From positions 2,310,001-2,342,000 of the forward strand of contig NC_020304.1 of the NCBI RefSeq assembly GCF_000341395.1: a stretch of DNA of 32,000 nt. The letters are read 5' to 3'. The translations under genes were made by a program, and so were the position numbers. The DNA is from Desulfocapsa sulfexigens DSM 10523 (lineage in GTDB: Bacteria > Desulfobacterota > Desulfobulbia > Desulfobulbales > Desulfocapsaceae). Shown here piece by piece: positions 1-11,721 of this stretch (positions are counted from its first letter, which is position 1; each line of letters begins with the position of its first letter). A model generated the notes under the pieces. The model was not told the DNA's origin, ran no database searches, and saw nothing but the letters and a program-made list of their open reading frames with translations.

Positions 1-2
1 AC

Positions 3-356
3 AAGCATATAGAAGTCATTGTTCGTCAGATGCTTAGAAGGGTACAGATAACCCATGCTGGTGATTCAAAGTTTATGATTGGTGAACAGGTCGTCTGGTG
101 GGATTTTGAAGATGAGCGTGATCGCCTTTTTGCTGAAGGGAAACAACCAGGTATGGCAGAACCACTTCTTCTAGGTGTTACCAAGGCTTCATTGTCCACT
201 GAAAGTTTTATTTCTGCTGCATCTTTTCAGGAGACCACAAAGGTTCTCACCAATGCCGCAATGCAGGGTAAAATAGATGAGTTGGTTGGCCTTAAGGAAA
301 ATGTAATCATGGGTCGGTTGATTTCTGCTGGTACGGGGCTTGGTAAAAGCTTTTAA
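3..356 (+). CDS. rpoC: DNA-directed RNA polymerase subunit beta', C-terminal fragment (5' end outside window)
   Basis: Reading frame open from window start; [30 protein letters not shown]...[55 protein letters not shown] is the classic RpoC C-terminus; followed by rpsL. Confidence 0.98.
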   Translation, partial: KHIEVIVRQMLRRVQITHAGDSKFMIGEQVVWWDFEDERDRLFAEGKQPGMAEPLLLGVTKASLSTESFISAASFQETTKVLTNAAMQGKIDELVGLKENVIMGRLISAGTGLGKSF

Positions 357-362
357 TTAAAG

Positions 363-397
363 AGAGGGGAGTGATCAATGCCTGATTGGCCCCCTCT
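363..397 (+). other. Inverted repeat (agagggg/cccctct) with inner gatca/tgatt pairing in the rpoC-rpsL gap; hairpin without a T-tract
   Basis: 7-bp perfect outer stem 363-369/391-397 plus a 5-bp inner stem (one GU); no U-run follows, so not a clear intrinsic terminator. Confidence 0.5.
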
Positions 398-435
398 TCG
401 AAGGATGTATTTGATAAAAATAAATCTCTTTCTGC

Positions 436-464
436 TTGACACTGTTTGACGGATAGAGTATTTA
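436..464 (+). promoter_or_regulatory. Candidate sigma70-type promoter for the rpsL (str) cluster
   Basis: TTGACA (436-441), 17-nt spacer, TATTTA (459-464); lies between the rpoC stop and rpsL ATG. Confidence 0.45.
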
Positions 465-557
465 TTGTCCCTTTCGTGCTCGGCAAACTTACTAGTAGCC
501 TTGTGTGATGAATAATTAACGACATTCCAATATATGTGAACAGGAGCAGTAAAGATA

Positions 558-929
558 ATGCCAACAATTAATCAGCTCATTCGGCAGGGCAGAAAAAAAC
601 AGGTAAAAAAGAGCCTTACTCCGGCACTAAAAGGTGCGCCTCAAAAACGTGGAGTGTGTGTGCGTGTATATACTACAACTCCAAAGAAGCCCAACTCGGC
701 TCTACGTAAAGTGGCAAGGGTTCGGTTGACAAACGGAATTGAGGTCACTTCTTATATTCCTGGTATTGGCCATAATCTACAGGAGCATTCTGTTGTTCTG
801 ATTCGTGGGGGCCGTGTGAAGGATCTTCCTGGTGTTCGTTATCATGTTATTCGTGGTACTCTCGATACTCTGGGTGTCTCTGACAGACGCAAGGGTCGTT
901 CCAAATATGGCGCGAAGCGTCCGAAATAA
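558..929 (+). CDS. rpsL: 30S ribosomal protein S12
   Basis: [12 protein letters not shown]...[22 protein letters not shown]...[18 protein letters not shown]. Confidence 0.99.
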   Translation: MPTINQLIRQGRKKQVKKSLTPALKGAPQKRGVCVRVYTTTPKKPNSALRKVARVRLTNGIEVTSYIPGIGHNLQEHSVVLIRGGRVKDLPGVRYHVIRGTLDTLGVSDRRKGRSKYGAKRPK

Positions 930-959
930 GCTGAACCTGGATAGTGATAGAGGAAAACA

Positions 960-1433
960 ATGCCACGTAGAAAAATAGTAGAAAAAAGAAAAGTCAGTCC
1001 TGATCCACGTTTTAATTCCGTTTTGGTTTCAAAATTCACCAACGGTATAATGGAGCAGGGAAAAAAATCCATTGCCATGCGAATATTCTATGATGCGATG
1101 GATATAGTAGAATCTAAAGTACCTGATGAAGATCCTCTTACCATATTTGAAGAGGCAATGGATAAGGTGCGGCCAAAGGTTGAGGTGAAGTCTCGACGCG
1201 TTGGTGGTGCGACCTATCAGGTTCCGATGGAAGTTCGTCAGGTTCGCCGTAATGCGCTGGCTATTCGCTGGATCATTGGTTTCGCAAAGGCAAGATCAGG
1301 AAAGTCTATGTCTGATAAGCTTGCAGCTGAATTGCTTGATGCCTATAATGATCGAGGCGCTGCGGTGAAGAAACGTGACGATACTCATCGTATGGCCGAG
1401 GCTAACAAAGCTTTTGCTCACTATCGCTGGTAG
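960..1433 (+). CDS. rpsG: 30S ribosomal protein S7
   Basis: [20 protein letters not shown]...[25 protein letters not shown]; follows rpsL. Confidence 0.99.
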   Translation: MPRRKIVEKRKVSPDPRFNSVLVSKFTNGIMEQGKKSIAMRIFYDAMDIVESKVPDEDPLTIFEEAMDKVRPKVEVKSRRVGGATYQVPMEVRQVRRNALAIRWIIGFAKARSGKSMSDKLAAELLDAYNDRGAAVKKRDDTHRMAEANKAFAHYRW

Positions 1434-1474
1434 GTAGTGCGTTACAATTTTAATCTGTTTTGTTGTGTTAGCTG

Positions 1475-3553
1475 ATGGCTGATAAAGAAAGTCTTTCCGA
1501 TGTGCGCAATATTGGTATAATGGCCCATATTGACGCTGGGAAAACTACAACAACTGAACGGATATTGTATTACACAGGCCGATCTTATAAGATTGGTGAG
1601 GTTCATGATGGTGCTGCCGTCATGGACTGGATGGAACAGGAACAGGAGCGGGGGATTACAATTACCTCTGCCGCTACAAGCTGTGCCTGGAAATCCAAAA
1701 GGATTAATATCATTGATACGCCTGGTCATGTCGATTTTACCGTTGAGGTGGAACGATCCCTGCGTGTGCTCGATGGCGCTGTGGCAGTTTTTTGTGCCGT
1801 AGGTGGTGTTGAGCCACAGTCCGAAACGGTTTGGCGACAGGCTGAAAGATACGGGATACCTCGAATAGCGTTCATCAATAAGATGGATCGGGTCGGGGCT
1901 GATTTTGATCGGGTTGTTGCAATGATGGAGAAACGACTGGGGGCAAATCCGGTTGTTCTTCAGATTCCTGTCGGAAAAGAGTCAGAGTTTGAGGGTGTTG
2001 TAGATATCATTGAAGGAAAAATGTATGCCTTTGATGAAGAGACACTTGGACAGGAAATCATAGAAAAAGATATTCCGGAAGATTACCGGAACAGATTCAC
2101 GGCCGCATATATGGTACTCATCGAGAAGTTGGCCGACTTCGATGATGGGATCATGGAAAAATTCCTTGATGATACACCTGTATCTGCGACTGAAATTTAT
2201 CGTGCCCTGCGTACTGCAACATTGAATTTGGACCTTGTGCCTGTTCTCTGTGGAAGTGCTTTTAAAAACAAAGGCATACAGCCTTTGCTGGACTCCATTG
2301 TTCAATACTTGCCATCACCACTGGATGTACCTCCGATGGTAGGTGAAGGGAAGAAGGGAGAAGAGATCAGTCGAAAAGCCGACGCAGATGAGAAACTGTC
2401 AGCACTCATTTTTAAGATAATGAGTGATACTTTTGTTGAGAATCTGGCTTTTATCCGTTTGTATTCAGGAAGACTGAAGGTTGGTGACAAGGTTTTTAAT
2501 CCTGTCAAAAAGAAGAAAGAAAAAATTGGGAAATTGATTCGTCTTCATGCCAACAAAAGAGAAGAGGTTGAAAGTCTCAAGGCTGGAGATATTGGTGCTG
2601 TAATAGGGCTTAAGTTTTCCTCTACTGGTGATACTCTTTGTGCTTCAGGTGATTACATTGTCTTGGAAAGTATGGATTTTCCAGAACCTGTAATTGGGAT
2701 TGCTATTGAAGCTAAGAGCAAGGCAGATGAAAAGAAGCTTAGCGAAACACTTGATAAGATAGCTCTTGAAGACCCCTCGTTCAGAATTGCCAAAAACGAG
2801 GACACTGGGCAGACAATTATTTCTGGAATGGGTGAACTTCATCTGGAGATCATTGTTGACAGGTTGCTTAACGAATTCAAAGTAAACGCGAACGTTGGTA
2901 AGCCTCAGGTTTCCTACAAGGAAACCATTTCTGCTGTTGCGGAAGGAGAGGGGAAGTTTGATCAACAGACCGGTGCTAAAGGTCAGTATGGTCACGTTGT
3001 TTTAAAGGTTGAGCCACTTGGAAGGTCCGAAGGGGTAGTGTTCGAGAGTCATGTGAAAGACGCTCAGATTCCTGCTCAGTTCCTTGGAGCAATCGAAAAG
3101 GGAATTCGAGACAGTCTGGACGCGGGACCACTTATAGGGTATCCGGTCACCGATTTGAAGGTCTCACTCATTGGCGGATCTTATATTGATGATGAGTCAA
3201 CAGAGATGGCTTTTGGGATTTCTTCGGCTATGGCTATACGGAGGGTAACTGCTGATGCAGAACCTATCTTGCTTGAGCCGATAATGAACATAGAGATCAC
3301 ATGTCCCGATGAGTACCTTGGAGATATGATGAACGACCTCCACTCCAAGAGAGCCAAGGTTGTTGGTGTTGAGAGTAATAATAACATACAGGTCGTAAAG
3401 GCTCATGCGCCGCTTTCGCAAATGTTTGGGTATTCGACATCATTGCGATCAGCCACACAGGGCAGGGCAAGCTTCACCATGCAGTTTGAAAAATATGACG
3501 TTGTTCCAGAAAGTAGAGCAAACGAAATTATAAGAAAAATCAGAGGAATATAG
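1475..3553 (+). CDS. fusA: Translation elongation factor G
   Basis: [53 protein letters not shown] motifs; 692 aa; operon context. Confidence 0.99.
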   Translation: MADKESLSDVRNIGIMAHIDAGKTTTTERILYYTGRSYKIGEVHDGAAVMDWMEQEQERGITITSAATSCAWKSKRINIIDTPGHVDFTVEVERSLRVLDGAVAVFCAVGGVEPQSETVWRQAERYGIPRIAFINKMDRVGADFDRVVAMMEKRLGANPVVLQIPVGKESEFEGVVDIIEGKMYAFDEETLGQEIIEKDIPEDYRNRFTAAYMVLIEKLADFDDGIMEKFLDDTPVSATEIYRALRTATLNLDLVPVLCGSAFKNKGIQPLLDSIVQYLPSPLDVPPMVGEGKKGEEISRKADADEKLSALIFKIMSDTFVENLAFIRLYSGRLKVGDKVFNPVKKKKEKIGKLIRLHANKREEVESLKAGDIGAVIGLKFSSTGDTLCASGDYIVLESMDFPEPVIGIAIEAKSKADEKKLSETLDKIALEDPSFRIAKNEDTGQTIISGMGELHLEIIVDRLLNEFKVNANVGKPQVSYKETISAVAEGEGKFDQQTGAKGQYGHVVLKVEPLGRSEGVVFESHVKDAQIPAQFLGAIEKGIRDSLDAGPLIGYPVTDLKVSLIGGSYIDDESTEMAFGISSAMAIRRVTADAEPILLEPIMNIEITCPDEYLGDMMNDLHSKRAKVVGVESNNNIQVVKAHAPLSQMFGYSTSLRSATQGRASFTMQFEKYDVVPESRANEIIRKIRGI

Positions 3554-3576
3554 ATAGTTCATTTTGAGGGAAGGCT

Positions 3577-4767
3577 ATGTCGAAAGTAAAATTTGAAAGG
3601 ACTAAACCGCATGTCAATGTAGGTACCGTTGGTCATATTGATCATGGTAAAACCACTCTGACTGCTGCAATAACAGCTGTACAGGCAACCAAGGGATTTG
3701 CCCAGTTTACTGACTTCAGTAATATTGATAAGGCTCCAGAGGAAAAAGAGCGCGGAATTACCATCGCAACAGCTCACGTTGAGTATGAGACTGAGAATCG
3801 TCATTACGCTCATGTGGATTGTCCTGGTCATGCTGACTATATTAAAAACATGATCACAGGTGCCGCACAGATGGACGGTGCTATTCTGGTGGTTGGTGCA
3901 GATGATGGTGCCATGCCTCAGACTCGTGAGCATATCCTTCTTGCGCGTCAGGTAGGTGTTCCTGCAATTGTTGTTTTCCTCAACAAATGCGACATGGTAG
4001 ACGATGAAGAGCTTATCGAACTCGTTGAGATGGAGCTTCGTGAACTCCTGGACAAGTATGAATTTCCAGGCGATGATATTCCAATCATTCATGGCTCAGC
4101 TCTGAAGGCTCTTGAAAATCCAACGGATCCTGAAGCCGCTAAATGCATCAATGAATTGATGGAAGCCATCGATACATATATTCCTGAGCCTAAGCGTGAT
4201 GTTGATCAGCCTTTCCTTATGCCTGTCGAGGATGTTTTTTCGATTTCTGGTCGTGGTACAGTTGCCACTGGTCGAATAGAGCGTGGAATCGTCCATGTTG
4301 GTGATGAGATAGAGATAGTAGGAATTAAAGATACCGTGAAGACCACCTGTACCGGTGTTGAGATGTTCCGAAAACTGCTTGATGAAGGTCAGGCTGGTGA
4401 TAATATTGGTGCTCTTCTTCGTGGCGTGAAACGTGAAGACATTGAGCGTGGACAAGTTCTCGCGAAGCCAGGTAGCATTAAGCCGCACACCAGTTTCAAG
4501 GCGGAGTGTTACATACTTGGAAAAGATGAGGGCGGACGTCATACCCCATTCTTTAACGGATATCGTCCTCAGTTTTATTTCAGAACAACTGACGTAACAG
4601 GCGTTATAACCCTCCCCGAGGGAGTTGAGATGGTAATGCCTGGTGACAACGTTCATGTTGTAGGCGAGCTTATCACCCCGATTGCAATGGATGTCGGTCT
4701 TCGTTTTGCTATCCGTGAGGGTGGTAGAACCGTCGGTGCCGGTGTTGTAAGTGAAATCATCGAATAA
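3577..4767 (+). CDS. tuf: Translation elongation factor Tu
   Basis: [45 protein letters not shown] motifs; 396 aa. Confidence 0.99.
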   Translation: MSKVKFERTKPHVNVGTVGHIDHGKTTLTAAITAVQATKGFAQFTDFSNIDKAPEEKERGITIATAHVEYETENRHYAHVDCPGHADYIKNMITGAAQMDGAILVVGADDGAMPQTREHILLARQVGVPAIVVFLNKCDMVDDEELIELVEMELRELLDKYEFPGDDIPIIHGSALKALENPTDPEAAKCINELMEAIDTYIPEPKRDVDQPFLMPVEDVFSISGRGTVATGRIERGIVHVGDEIEIVGIKDTVKTTCTGVEMFRKLLDEGQAGDNIGALLRGVKREDIERGQVLAKPGSIKPHTSFKAECYILGKDEGGRHTPFFNGYRPQFYFRTTDVTGVITLPEGVEMVMPGDNVHVVGELITPIAMDVGLRFAIREGGRTVGAGVVSEIIE

Positions 4768-4775
4768 GGAAGATC

Positions 4776-5090
4776 ATGATACCTGCAGATAAAATTCGTA
4801 TTCGCCTCAAGGCGTATGACCATAAATTACTTGATCTCTCCACTCACGAGATAGTTGAGACCGCACGACGTACCGGAGCTGCTGTTGCAGGTCCGATTCC
4901 TCTGCCAACCTCAATCAACAAATTCTGTGTCCTTCGGTCGCCACATGTTGATAAAAAATCCAGGGAGCAGTTTGAGATGAGAACCCACCGTCGCCTTATA
5001 GACATTCTGGAGCCCACCCAGCAGACTATTGATCTGTTGATGAAGCTTGAATTGTCTGCAGGTGTTGATGTGGAGATTAAACTGCCATAG
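4776..5090 (+). CDS. rpsJ: 30S ribosomal protein S10
   Basis: [15 protein letters not shown]...GPIPLPT...[15 protein letters not shown]; operon position. Confidence 0.99.
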   Translation: MIPADKIRIRLKAYDHKLLDLSTHEIVETARRTGAAVAGPIPLPTSINKFCVLRSPHVDKKSREQFEMRTHRRLIDILEPTQQTIDLLMKLELSAGVDVEIKLP

Positions 5091-5135
5091 CGAGTTTTTT
5101 TTAATCGCTTAATTTGAAGATGTATAGGTAAAATT

Positions 5136-5765
5136 ATGCCGAAAACAATGGGTTTATTAGGTAAGAAGATAGGTATGACCCGCGTATATAACGATATTGG
5201 AGCAGTTATCCCAGTAACCGTTATAGAAGCAGGGCCCTGTAAAATACTTCAGGTCAAATCAGAAGCTACTGATGGTTACAATGCAATTCAGGTAGGTTTT
5301 GGTGACAAGAAAGCTCAGAGAGTTAACAAACCTCTTGCTGGACATTTTAAGAAGGCCGAAAGTGACGGCTTTTATAATATCCGTGAATTTAGAGTTTCCA
5401 GTGCTGCTGAATATCAAATAGGTCAGGATATCACCCTCAGCGAATTATTCAAAATTGGTGATACCATCGACGTGCAGGGTGTTTCTCAAGGGAAAGGGTT
5501 TCAAGGCGTTATGAAACGCCATGGCTTTAAGGGTGGTCCAGGTGGCCATGGTTCAAACTTTCATCGTGCACCAGGATCGATTGGTTGTAGTGCCTGGCCT
5601 GGAAGAGTTGTCAAGGGAAAGAAGTTACCAGGTCGAATGGGTAATGATACTGTTTTGAAAAAAAATGTGCTGGTCATAGACGTTCGTGATGATGACAATC
5701 TTATCATTGTCAAAGGTCCAGTTCCTGGGGCCAAGCAAGGTCTTTTGAAGCTTTTTAGCAAGTAA
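5136..5765 (+). CDS. rplC: 50S ribosomal protein L3
   Basis: GLLGKKIGMTRVYNDIGAVIPVTVIEAGPC...RHGFKGGPGGHGSNFHRAPGSIG. Confidence 0.99.
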   Translation: MPKTMGLLGKKIGMTRVYNDIGAVIPVTVIEAGPCKILQVKSEATDGYNAIQVGFGDKKAQRVNKPLAGHFKKAESDGFYNIREFRVSSAAEYQIGQDITLSELFKIGDTIDVQGVSQGKGFQGVMKRHGFKGGPGGHGSNFHRAPGSIGCSAWPGRVVKGKKLPGRMGNDTVLKKNVLVIDVRDDDNLIIVKGPVPGAKQGLLKLFSK

Positions 5766-5803
5766 TCAGCCATTAAGTGACTTATCGGTTTAGGGAGTAA
5801 ATA

Positions 5804-6427
5804 ATGTCCACCGTAGATATAGTAAATACCAGCAACGAAAAAGTTGGTGAGATTGAGCTGAATGCTGATGTGTTCGATCTGACAGTCAAAGAGCATCTGC
5901 TCCATGATGTAGTTCGTATGCAACGTGCCGCAAAGCGTGCCGGTAATGCCAGCACAAAAACTCGAAGAGAGGTTCGTGGTGGTGGTGCCAAACCTTGGAA
6001 GCAAAAGGGAACAGGACGGGCACGTGCTGGTACCAGAAACTCTCCTATATGGAGAGGAGGTGGTGTCACCTTCGGTCCAAAACCCCGCGATTATAGTTTC
6101 AAACTTAACCGCAAAGTAAAACAACAGGCACTCGCGATGGCTATGAGTGCAAGGTTGCAGGAAGGCAATTTAGTAGTAATTGATGATTTTATCATGGATG
6201 CAATCAAGACAAAAAACTTCGTTGGAATTATGAAGGGTTTTGATTTTGAAAACTGTCTCGTTGTCACTGAGGGAAACTACGAAAACGTAAACAAGTCAGC
6301 TCGCAATGCCAATGGATTTAAGGTCCTGCCTGTTGAAGGGTTGAATGTTTATGACATCTTGCTGCACAAGAAACTTATGCTGCTTAAACCAGCAGTGGAA
6401 AGTCTTGAGAAGAGGTTAACCGCATGA
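5804..6427 (+). CDS. rplD: 50S ribosomal protein L4
   Basis: STKTRREVRGGGAKPWKQKGTGRARAGTRNSPIWRGGGVTFGP; operon position. Confidence 0.99.
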   Translation: MSTVDIVNTSNEKVGEIELNADVFDLTVKEHLLHDVVRMQRAAKRAGNASTKTRREVRGGGAKPWKQKGTGRARAGTRNSPIWRGGGVTFGPKPRDYSFKLNRKVKQQALAMAMSARLQEGNLVVIDDFIMDAIKTKNFVGIMKGFDFENCLVVTEGNYENVNKSARNANGFKVLPVEGLNVYDILLHKKLMLLKPAVESLEKRLTA

Positions 6428-6711
6428 TAAATGATCATAGAATTCTTAGGGGTCCGTTACTCACTGAAAAGGCTAATATTCAACTTGATGTTGATGGAAA
6501 GGTTGTTTTCAAAGTAGATCCTAAAGCAAACAAAATTGAAATTAAAAAGGCTGTAGAGAAAATGTTTGATGTCAAAGTTAAGCACGTTCATACTACTAAT
6601 ATGCATGGCAAACAGAAACGCGTAGGACGCTTCACCGGCTTTACCAACGACTGGAAAAAAGCATACGTGACTTTGTCTGAAGGTGAGATTAATTTTGCAG
6701 ACCAACTGTAA
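6424..6711 (+). CDS. rplW: 50S ribosomal protein L23
   Basis: GPLLTEKANI...VFKVDPKANKIEIKKAVEKMFDVKV; ATGA overlap with rplD. Confidence 0.97.
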   Translation: MINDHRILRGPLLTEKANIQLDVDGKVVFKVDPKANKIEIKKAVEKMFDVKVKHVHTTNMHGKQKRVGRFTGFTNDWKKAYVTLSEGEINFADQL

Positions 6712-6800
6712 AATTTATTGAACAATTACGGATCTCAGCTAAGCAACACTACAGTGTAGCTATCAATCCAAATTAGCGTTGATGGAGCGATTAGATAATC

Positions 6801-7622
6801 ATGACAATTAAGAAATTCAAACCCACATCACCTGGTAAACGACACCATGTGGCAATTAAAAATTCAGAACTGTCTCAAAATGGTCCTGAAAAAAGTTTAC
6901 TTGCACCTTTGTCAAAATCTGGTGGTCGAAATAATTACGGAAGAATAACCTCTCGTCACATAGGTGGCGGTCACAAACGTAAATATCGTATTATTGATTT
7001 CAAACGCAATAAAATTGATATCGCGGCAAAGGTTATTTCAATCGAATACGACCCTAATAGATCAGCAAATATTGCCTTGCTCTCTTATCTCGATGGTCAG
7101 AAAACATATATTCTTGCTCCTTCGGGAATTGCAGTGGGAGATCAGGTTATAGCTGGCGACAGTGTAGACATAAAGCCTGGTAACTGTCTTCCAATGATGA
7201 ATATACCGCTTGGTACTGTTATTCATAACATTGAAATGAAGATAGGAAAAGGTGGACAGCTTGTTAGAAGTGCAGGCGTTTCTGCACAGCTTATGGCAAA
7301 AGAGGGCACCTACGTGCTCGTCAGACTGCCATCTGGAGAGGTTCGTAAATTCCATCGACTCTGTCGTGCCTGTATAGGAAAAGTCGGTAATCACGAGCAT
7401 GAAAGCCAGAAGCTTGGAAAAGCCGGTCGTACGCGCTGGATGGGAAAACGTCCGCATGTACGAGGTGTTGCCATGAACCCTGTAGATCATCCTATGGGTG
7501 GTGGTGAGGGGAAGAGCTCTGGTGGTCGTCATCCGTGTACGCCATGGGGATACCCAACTAAGGGGTACAAGACCAGAAAGAATACCGAGTCTGACAAATA
7601 CATTGTCAAGAAAAGACGTTAA
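6801..7622 (+). CDS. rplB: 50S ribosomal protein L2
   Basis: [13 protein letters not shown]...[24 protein letters not shown]...[25 protein letters not shown]. Confidence 0.99.
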   Translation: MTIKKFKPTSPGKRHHVAIKNSELSQNGPEKSLLAPLSKSGGRNNYGRITSRHIGGGHKRKYRIIDFKRNKIDIAAKVISIEYDPNRSANIALLSYLDGQKTYILAPSGIAVGDQVIAGDSVDIKPGNCLPMMNIPLGTVIHNIEMKIGKGGQLVRSAGVSAQLMAKEGTYVLVRLPSGEVRKFHRLCRACIGKVGNHEHESQKLGKAGRTRWMGKRPHVRGVAMNPVDHPMGGGEGKSSGGRHPCTPWGYPTKGYKTRKNTESDKYIVKKRR

Positions 7623-7637
7623 TTAAGAGGAATAGCT

Positions 7638-7913
7638 ATGGCTCGTTCAGTCAAAAAAGGACCCTTTATCGATGATCACCTTCAAAGGAAGGTTGATGCT
7701 GCAGTTGAAGGCGGATCCCGGAAGGTTATAAAAACATGGTCCAGAAGATCCGATATCTCTCCGGAGATGGTTGGGTTAACCTTTGCTGTTCATAACGGCA
7801 AAAAATTTATTCCGGTCTTTGTATCAGAAAACATGGTTGGTCATAAACTCGGTGAGTTTTCTCCTACCAGAACTTTTTATGGCCATGCTTCTGATAAAAA
7901 AGGACGTAAGTAA
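7638..7913 (+). CDS. rpsS: 30S ribosomal protein S19
   Basis: [15 protein letters not shown]...[24 protein letters not shown]. Confidence 0.99.
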   Translation: MARSVKKGPFIDDHLQRKVDAAVEGGSRKVIKTWSRRSDISPEMVGLTFAVHNGKKFIPVFVSENMVGHKLGEFSPTRTFYGHASDKKGRK

Positions 7914-7956
7914 ATATTAAAAAAGATTTCGATAAGGTTCACTAGGAGTAAATACT

Positions 7957-8289
7957 ATGGAAGCTCGTGCCGTAGGGAGACGTATTAGGATCTCCCCTCA
8001 GAAAGCTAGACTCGTTGCTGACGTGGTTCGGGGAATGGGCGTTGATAAAGCGATTACCACTCTCAGGTTCATGCCAAAAAAAGGTGCGTCAATATTGAGA
8101 AAGGTCATCGAATCCGCCGTTGCCAATGCAACCCAGGACGACCAGATTGATGTTGATAATCTTTATGTAAAAACTGTATTCATTGACGGTGGACCTTCTT
8201 TTAAAAGAATCCGACCCCGCGCAATGGGACGGGCGACATCAATTATTAAACGTACAAGTCATATAACAGTAGTGCTTGATGAAAATTAA
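7957..8289 (+). CDS. rplV: 50S ribosomal protein L22
   Basis: RRIRISPQKARLVADVVRGMGVDKAITTLRFMPKK...RAMGRATSIIKRTSHITVVLDE. Confidence 0.98.
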   Translation: MEARAVGRRIRISPQKARLVADVVRGMGVDKAITTLRFMPKKGASILRKVIESAVANATQDDQIDVDNLYVKTVFIDGGPSFKRIRPRAMGRATSIIKRTSHITVVLDEN

Positions 8290-8372
8290 TACTTTACTTT
8301 ATCAGCAGTAATGGGTATGACTCACAATTTTTTTATTTTTATATAGCTTAAGCGTATTGCTGGAGGATTATT

Positions 8373-9023
8373 TTGGGGCAGAAAGTTAACCCACTAGGGT
8401 TCAGACTTGGAATAACTCGGACATGGGATTCAATTTGGTATGCCAATAAGGACTACTCACTTAATCTCATTGAAGATCAGAAAATTAGAAAGTTTCTTAA
8501 GAAACGTCTTCAACACGCCGCTCTTTCCAAAATCATCCTTGAGCGCACTGGAGAAAAAGTTCGTGTGAAACTTTTCACCGCTCGACCTGGTATAATTATT
8601 GGGAAGAAGGGTTCGGAAATTGAGCTTCTAAAGAAAGAGCTCGAGAAAATTATCAACCGTAAGGCTGTTATAGATATTCAGGAAGTTCGACGTCCTGAGG
8701 CTGACGCACAGCTGGTCGCAGAAAATATTGCTCAACAGCTTGTTCGAAGAGTTGCCTTCAGACGAGCAATGAAAAAATCGGTCAATTCTGCTCTCAGGTT
8801 CGGAGTCAAAGGTATCAAGATTTCCTGCTCTGGTCGTCTCGGTGGTGCTGAGATGTCTCGTTGTGAGTGGGTTCGTGAGGGGCGCGTTCCGCTTCACACG
8901 CTTCGTGCTGATGTAGACTATGCCTTGGCAGAGGCGAATACCACTTATGGTATTATCGGTATCAAAGTATGGATTTTTAAGGGTGAGGTTCTGAACGATA
9001 AGGATTCTCCCGCTGAAATATAG
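8373..9023 (+). CDS. rpsC: 30S ribosomal protein S3 (TTG start)
   Basis: [20 protein letters not shown]...[21 protein letters not shown]; TTG at 8373 preceded by tggagg. Confidence 0.98.
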   Translation: MGQKVNPLGFRLGITRTWDSIWYANKDYSLNLIEDQKIRKFLKKRLQHAALSKIILERTGEKVRVKLFTARPGIIIGKKGSEIELLKKELEKIINRKAVIDIQEVRRPEADAQLVAENIAQQLVRRVAFRRAMKKSVNSALRFGVKGIKISCSGRLGGAEMSRCEWVREGRVPLHTLRADVDYALAEANTTYGIIGIKVWIFKGEVLNDKDSPAEI

Positions 9024-9071
9024 TGAGAGCGTTCCCCCCAGGAAATCCATTATTAATATTGGAGTTTAAGA

Positions 9072-9488
9072 ATGTTAAGTCCTAAAAAGGTCAAACATAG
9101 AAAAGTCTTTACAGGAAAAAATAGAGGCAAGGCACAACGTGGCTCTACCATTTCCTTTGGTGAATATGCCCTTAAGGCTGTTGAAAGGGGTAAAATGACC
9201 GCTCAACAGATTGAAGCTGCGCGTATTGCCATAAACAGAAAAATTAAGCGTGGAGGACAAGTTTGGATCCGTGTCTTCCCTGACAAACCAGTTACCAAAA
9301 AACCAGCTGAAACACGTATGGGAAAAGGTAAAGGAAGTCCTGAATATTGGGTTGCAGTTACAAAACCCGGAAAAATTATTTACGAACTGGCAGGAGTTGA
9401 TGAAGAGCTGGCCATTAAAGCTCTCACTCTTGCGGGCGCCAAACTGCCGTTTAAGACAAAGGTTATCACTAAGAGGAGCACACTATGA
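9072..9488 (+). CDS. rplP: 50S ribosomal protein L16
   Basis: [40 protein letters not shown]...[19 protein letters not shown]. Confidence 0.99.
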   Translation: MLSPKKVKHRKVFTGKNRGKAQRGSTISFGEYALKAVERGKMTAQQIEAARIAINRKIKRGGQVWIRVFPDKPVTKKPAETRMGKGKGSPEYWVAVTKPGKIIYELAGVDEELAIKALTLAGAKLPFKTKVITKRSTL

Positions 9489-9667
9489 AAATGTCAGAAT
9501 TGCGCTCTATGTCTGAAGATGATCTTCAGAAGAAGCTGGTCGAAATGAAGGAAGAAATTTCTAATCTTTCATTTCAACATAAGATCAGACCTCTTGAGAA
9601 TACTTCGGTTTTGAAACAGCTCCGGAAGGATATTGCACGCATTAATACTCTTTTTAACGAGAATTAG
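9485..9667 (+). CDS. rpmC: 50S ribosomal protein L29
   Basis: 60 aa; [34 protein letters not shown]...[13 protein letters not shown]; ATGA overlap with rplP. Confidence 0.96.
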   Translation: MKMSELRSMSEDDLQKKLVEMKEEISNLSFQHKIRPLENTSVLKQLRKDIARINTLFNEN

Positions 9668-9734
9668 AGAAAAGCCTGCAAAATTTGTTTCCTAGCCGAA
9701 GTAGAAAATTATTCTAACTCGAATTGTGTTAATC

Positions 9735-9998
9735 ATGAGTGAAATAAAAAAAATAAAGAAGACCAGAACTGGTACTGTTGTCAGTAACAGTATGGAGAAA
9801 AGTATAGTTGTTCGTGTAGAACGAAAGGTACGTCACAAACTCTATGGTAAATATATTAAAAAGAGTGTGAAATATCTTGCCGATGACCCTGAGAACAACT
9901 GTAACATTGGCGATATTGTCAAGATAGAAGAATGTCGGCCACTGAGTAAGAAAAAGCGGTGGCGGTTAAGAGATATCATTCGCGAAGCTGTTGTATAA
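9735..9998 (+). CDS. rpsQ: 30S ribosomal protein S17
   Basis: [68 protein letters not shown]; start could alternatively be GTG 9726. Confidence 0.97.
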   Translation: MSEIKKIKKTRTGTVVSNSMEKSIVVRVERKVRHKLYGKYIKKSVKYLADDPENNCNIGDIVKIEECRPLSKKKRWRLRDIIREAVV

Positions 9999-10057
9999 TC
10001 AGCCTAGAATTACTCCATTTTTTTTGAAATGCAACTGATTAATAATCAGGTGAAATT

Positions 10058-10426
10058 ATGATACAAAGTGAAAGTGTTCTGAATGTTGCAGACAATTCAG
10101 GAGCTAAAAAGCTACTCTGCATTAGAGTTCTTGGTGGTACCAGAAAGAGATATGCATCCATAGGTGATGTTATTGTTGGTACCGTTAAAGAAGCAATGCC
10201 GAATGCGAAAGTGAAAAAAGGTGATGTTGTTAAAGCAGTTATTGTTCGTACGGTTAAAGAGATGAAACGTATGGATGATACCTGGGTTAAGTTTGATGAG
10301 AATGCAGCGGTTATCCTCTCTGGAACCGGTGATCCCGTCGGAACACGAATTTTCGGACCTGTGGCAAGAGAGCTACGTAACCAGGGATTTATGAAAATTG
10401 TCTCCCTGGCCCCCGAAGTTTTATAA
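10058..10426 (+). CDS. rplN: 50S ribosomal protein L14
   Basis: [27 protein letters not shown]...[17 protein letters not shown]. Confidence 0.99.
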   Translation: MIQSESVLNVADNSGAKKLLCIRVLGGTRKRYASIGDVIVGTVKEAMPNAKVKKGDVVKAVIVRTVKEMKRMDDTWVKFDENAAVILSGTGDPVGTRIFGPVARELRNQGFMKIVSLAPEVL

Positions 10427-10479
10427 TACGTTTTAAGCAACCCATCATATATGGTGCGGTTGAACAAAAGGTGCTGAAA

Positions 10480-10812
10480 ATGGCAAAGGGACAAACATAC
10501 CTGAGAAAAAATGACCAGGTAGAAGTAATTGCAGGCAAGGATAAGGGAAGAGTTGGTAAAATTCTGAATGTCTTTCCTGATAAAGATAATGCTCTGGTTG
10601 AACGTATCAATATGGTAAAGCGTCATACCAAGGGTACTGAAATGAACCAGCAGGGACAAATCATTAATCGAGAAGCGCCGATTCATGTATCTAATTTGCA
10701 GTTGATATGTCCAGAATGTACTAAAACTGGACGGATTGGCAAAAAATTCTTAGAAGATGGAACAAAGGTACGCTTTTGTAAGAGCTGCGGCGAGTCCATC
10801 GAAAGCAAATAG
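10480..10812 (+). CDS. rplX: 50S ribosomal protein L24
   Basis: [29 protein letters not shown]...[10 protein letters not shown]; track ORF opens at 10471, likely ATG 10480. Confidence 0.97.
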   Translation: MAKGQTYLRKNDQVEVIAGKDKGRVGKILNVFPDKDNALVERINMVKRHTKGTEMNQQGQIINREAPIHVSNLQLICPECTKTGRIGKKFLEDGTKVRFCKSCGESIESK

Positions 10813-10847
10813 TAAAAGGTTAATATGGCTGTTGCCAGGAGTAGCAA

Positions 10848-11387
10848 ATGGGTTCGCTGAAAGAGCACTATATAAATGAATGTAGACCAGCATTGCAAAA
10901 TGAGTTTGGGTATACCAATGTTATGCAGATCCCAAAGATCGAAAAGATCATCTTAAACATGGGACTTGGTGAGGCCGTGCAGAATCCTAAGATTATTGAT
11001 GGAGCTGTAGATGAACTCACCAATATCGCTGGACGCAAAGCAGTTGTAACAAAAGCAAAAAAATCAATCGCTGGCTTTAAGTTACGCGAAGGCATGCCAA
11101 TTGGTTGTCGAGTAACCCTTCGCGGCGATGTAATGTACGATTTCTTTAGCAAGCTTGTTAATATAGCTTTACCAAGGGTACGTGATTTCCGTGGAATTTC
11201 ACCCAAATCTTTTGATGGACGTGGTAATTTTTCTATGGGTGTAAAAGAACAGATCATTTTTCCAGAAATCGATTACGATAAAATTGATAAGATTAAAGGC
11301 TTAAACATTAGTATTGTAACTACTGCCTCAACGGATAAAGAAGGCCTTAGCCTTCTTAAAAGTCTGGGAATGCCCTTTAAAGGTTAA
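10848..11387 (+). CDS. rplE: 50S ribosomal protein L5
   Basis: [40 protein letters not shown]...[36 protein letters not shown]. Confidence 0.99.
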   Translation: MGSLKEHYINECRPALQNEFGYTNVMQIPKIEKIILNMGLGEAVQNPKIIDGAVDELTNIAGRKAVVTKAKKSIAGFKLREGMPIGCRVTLRGDVMYDFFSKLVNIALPRVRDFRGISPKSFDGRGNFSMGVKEQIIFPEIDYDKIDKIKGLNISIVTTASTDKEGLSLLKSLGMPFKG

Positions 11388-11486
11388 TTTTTTTTGCTGA
11401 ATATCAGTTGTCTGAACAATTGCAATTTATCATAAAAGAATAATTTAAATATTAGCACTATAGAATTTTTAGAACTGGAGGTCGGT

Positions 11487-11672
11487 TTGGCTAAGAAATC
11501 TCTCATTGCGAAAGCAAAAAGAACGCCAAAATTTGCGGTAAGGAAATATAACAGATGTCCTCTTTGTGGACGTCCTAAGGCGTATATTCGAAAGTTCGGC
11601 ATGTGTCGTATCTGTTTTCGTAAATTAGCATCTAGTGGACAGGTTACCGGTGTAACCAAGTCATCTTGGTAA
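11487..11672 (+). CDS. rpsN: 30S ribosomal protein S14, zinc-binding (type Z), TTG start
   Basis: [61 protein letters not shown]; two CxxC pairs; ggagg upstream of TTG. Confidence 0.98.
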   Translation: MAKKSLIAKAKRTPKFAVRKYNRCPLCGRPKAYIRKFGMCRICFRKLASSGQVTGVTKSSW

Positions 11673-11721
11673 TCTGTATACCCACTGGATCAAAATATAA
11701 TTTTGACAAGGAGAGTTCGCG

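Noticed and set aside
3559-4656. Long minus-strand ORFs opposite tuf (177 and 186 aa)
   Set aside because: Fully antisense to a strongly conserved gene; low-complexity shadow translations with no recognisable family and no minus-strand operon context.
5561-6124. 187-aa minus-strand ORF across rplC/rplD
   Set aside because: Antisense shadow of two ribosomal protein genes; serine/proline-rich artefact of codon bias.
10039-10686. 215-aa minus-strand ORF opposite rplN/rplX
   Set aside because: Longest antisense ORF here, but it covers two conserved + strand genes and has no domain I recognise.
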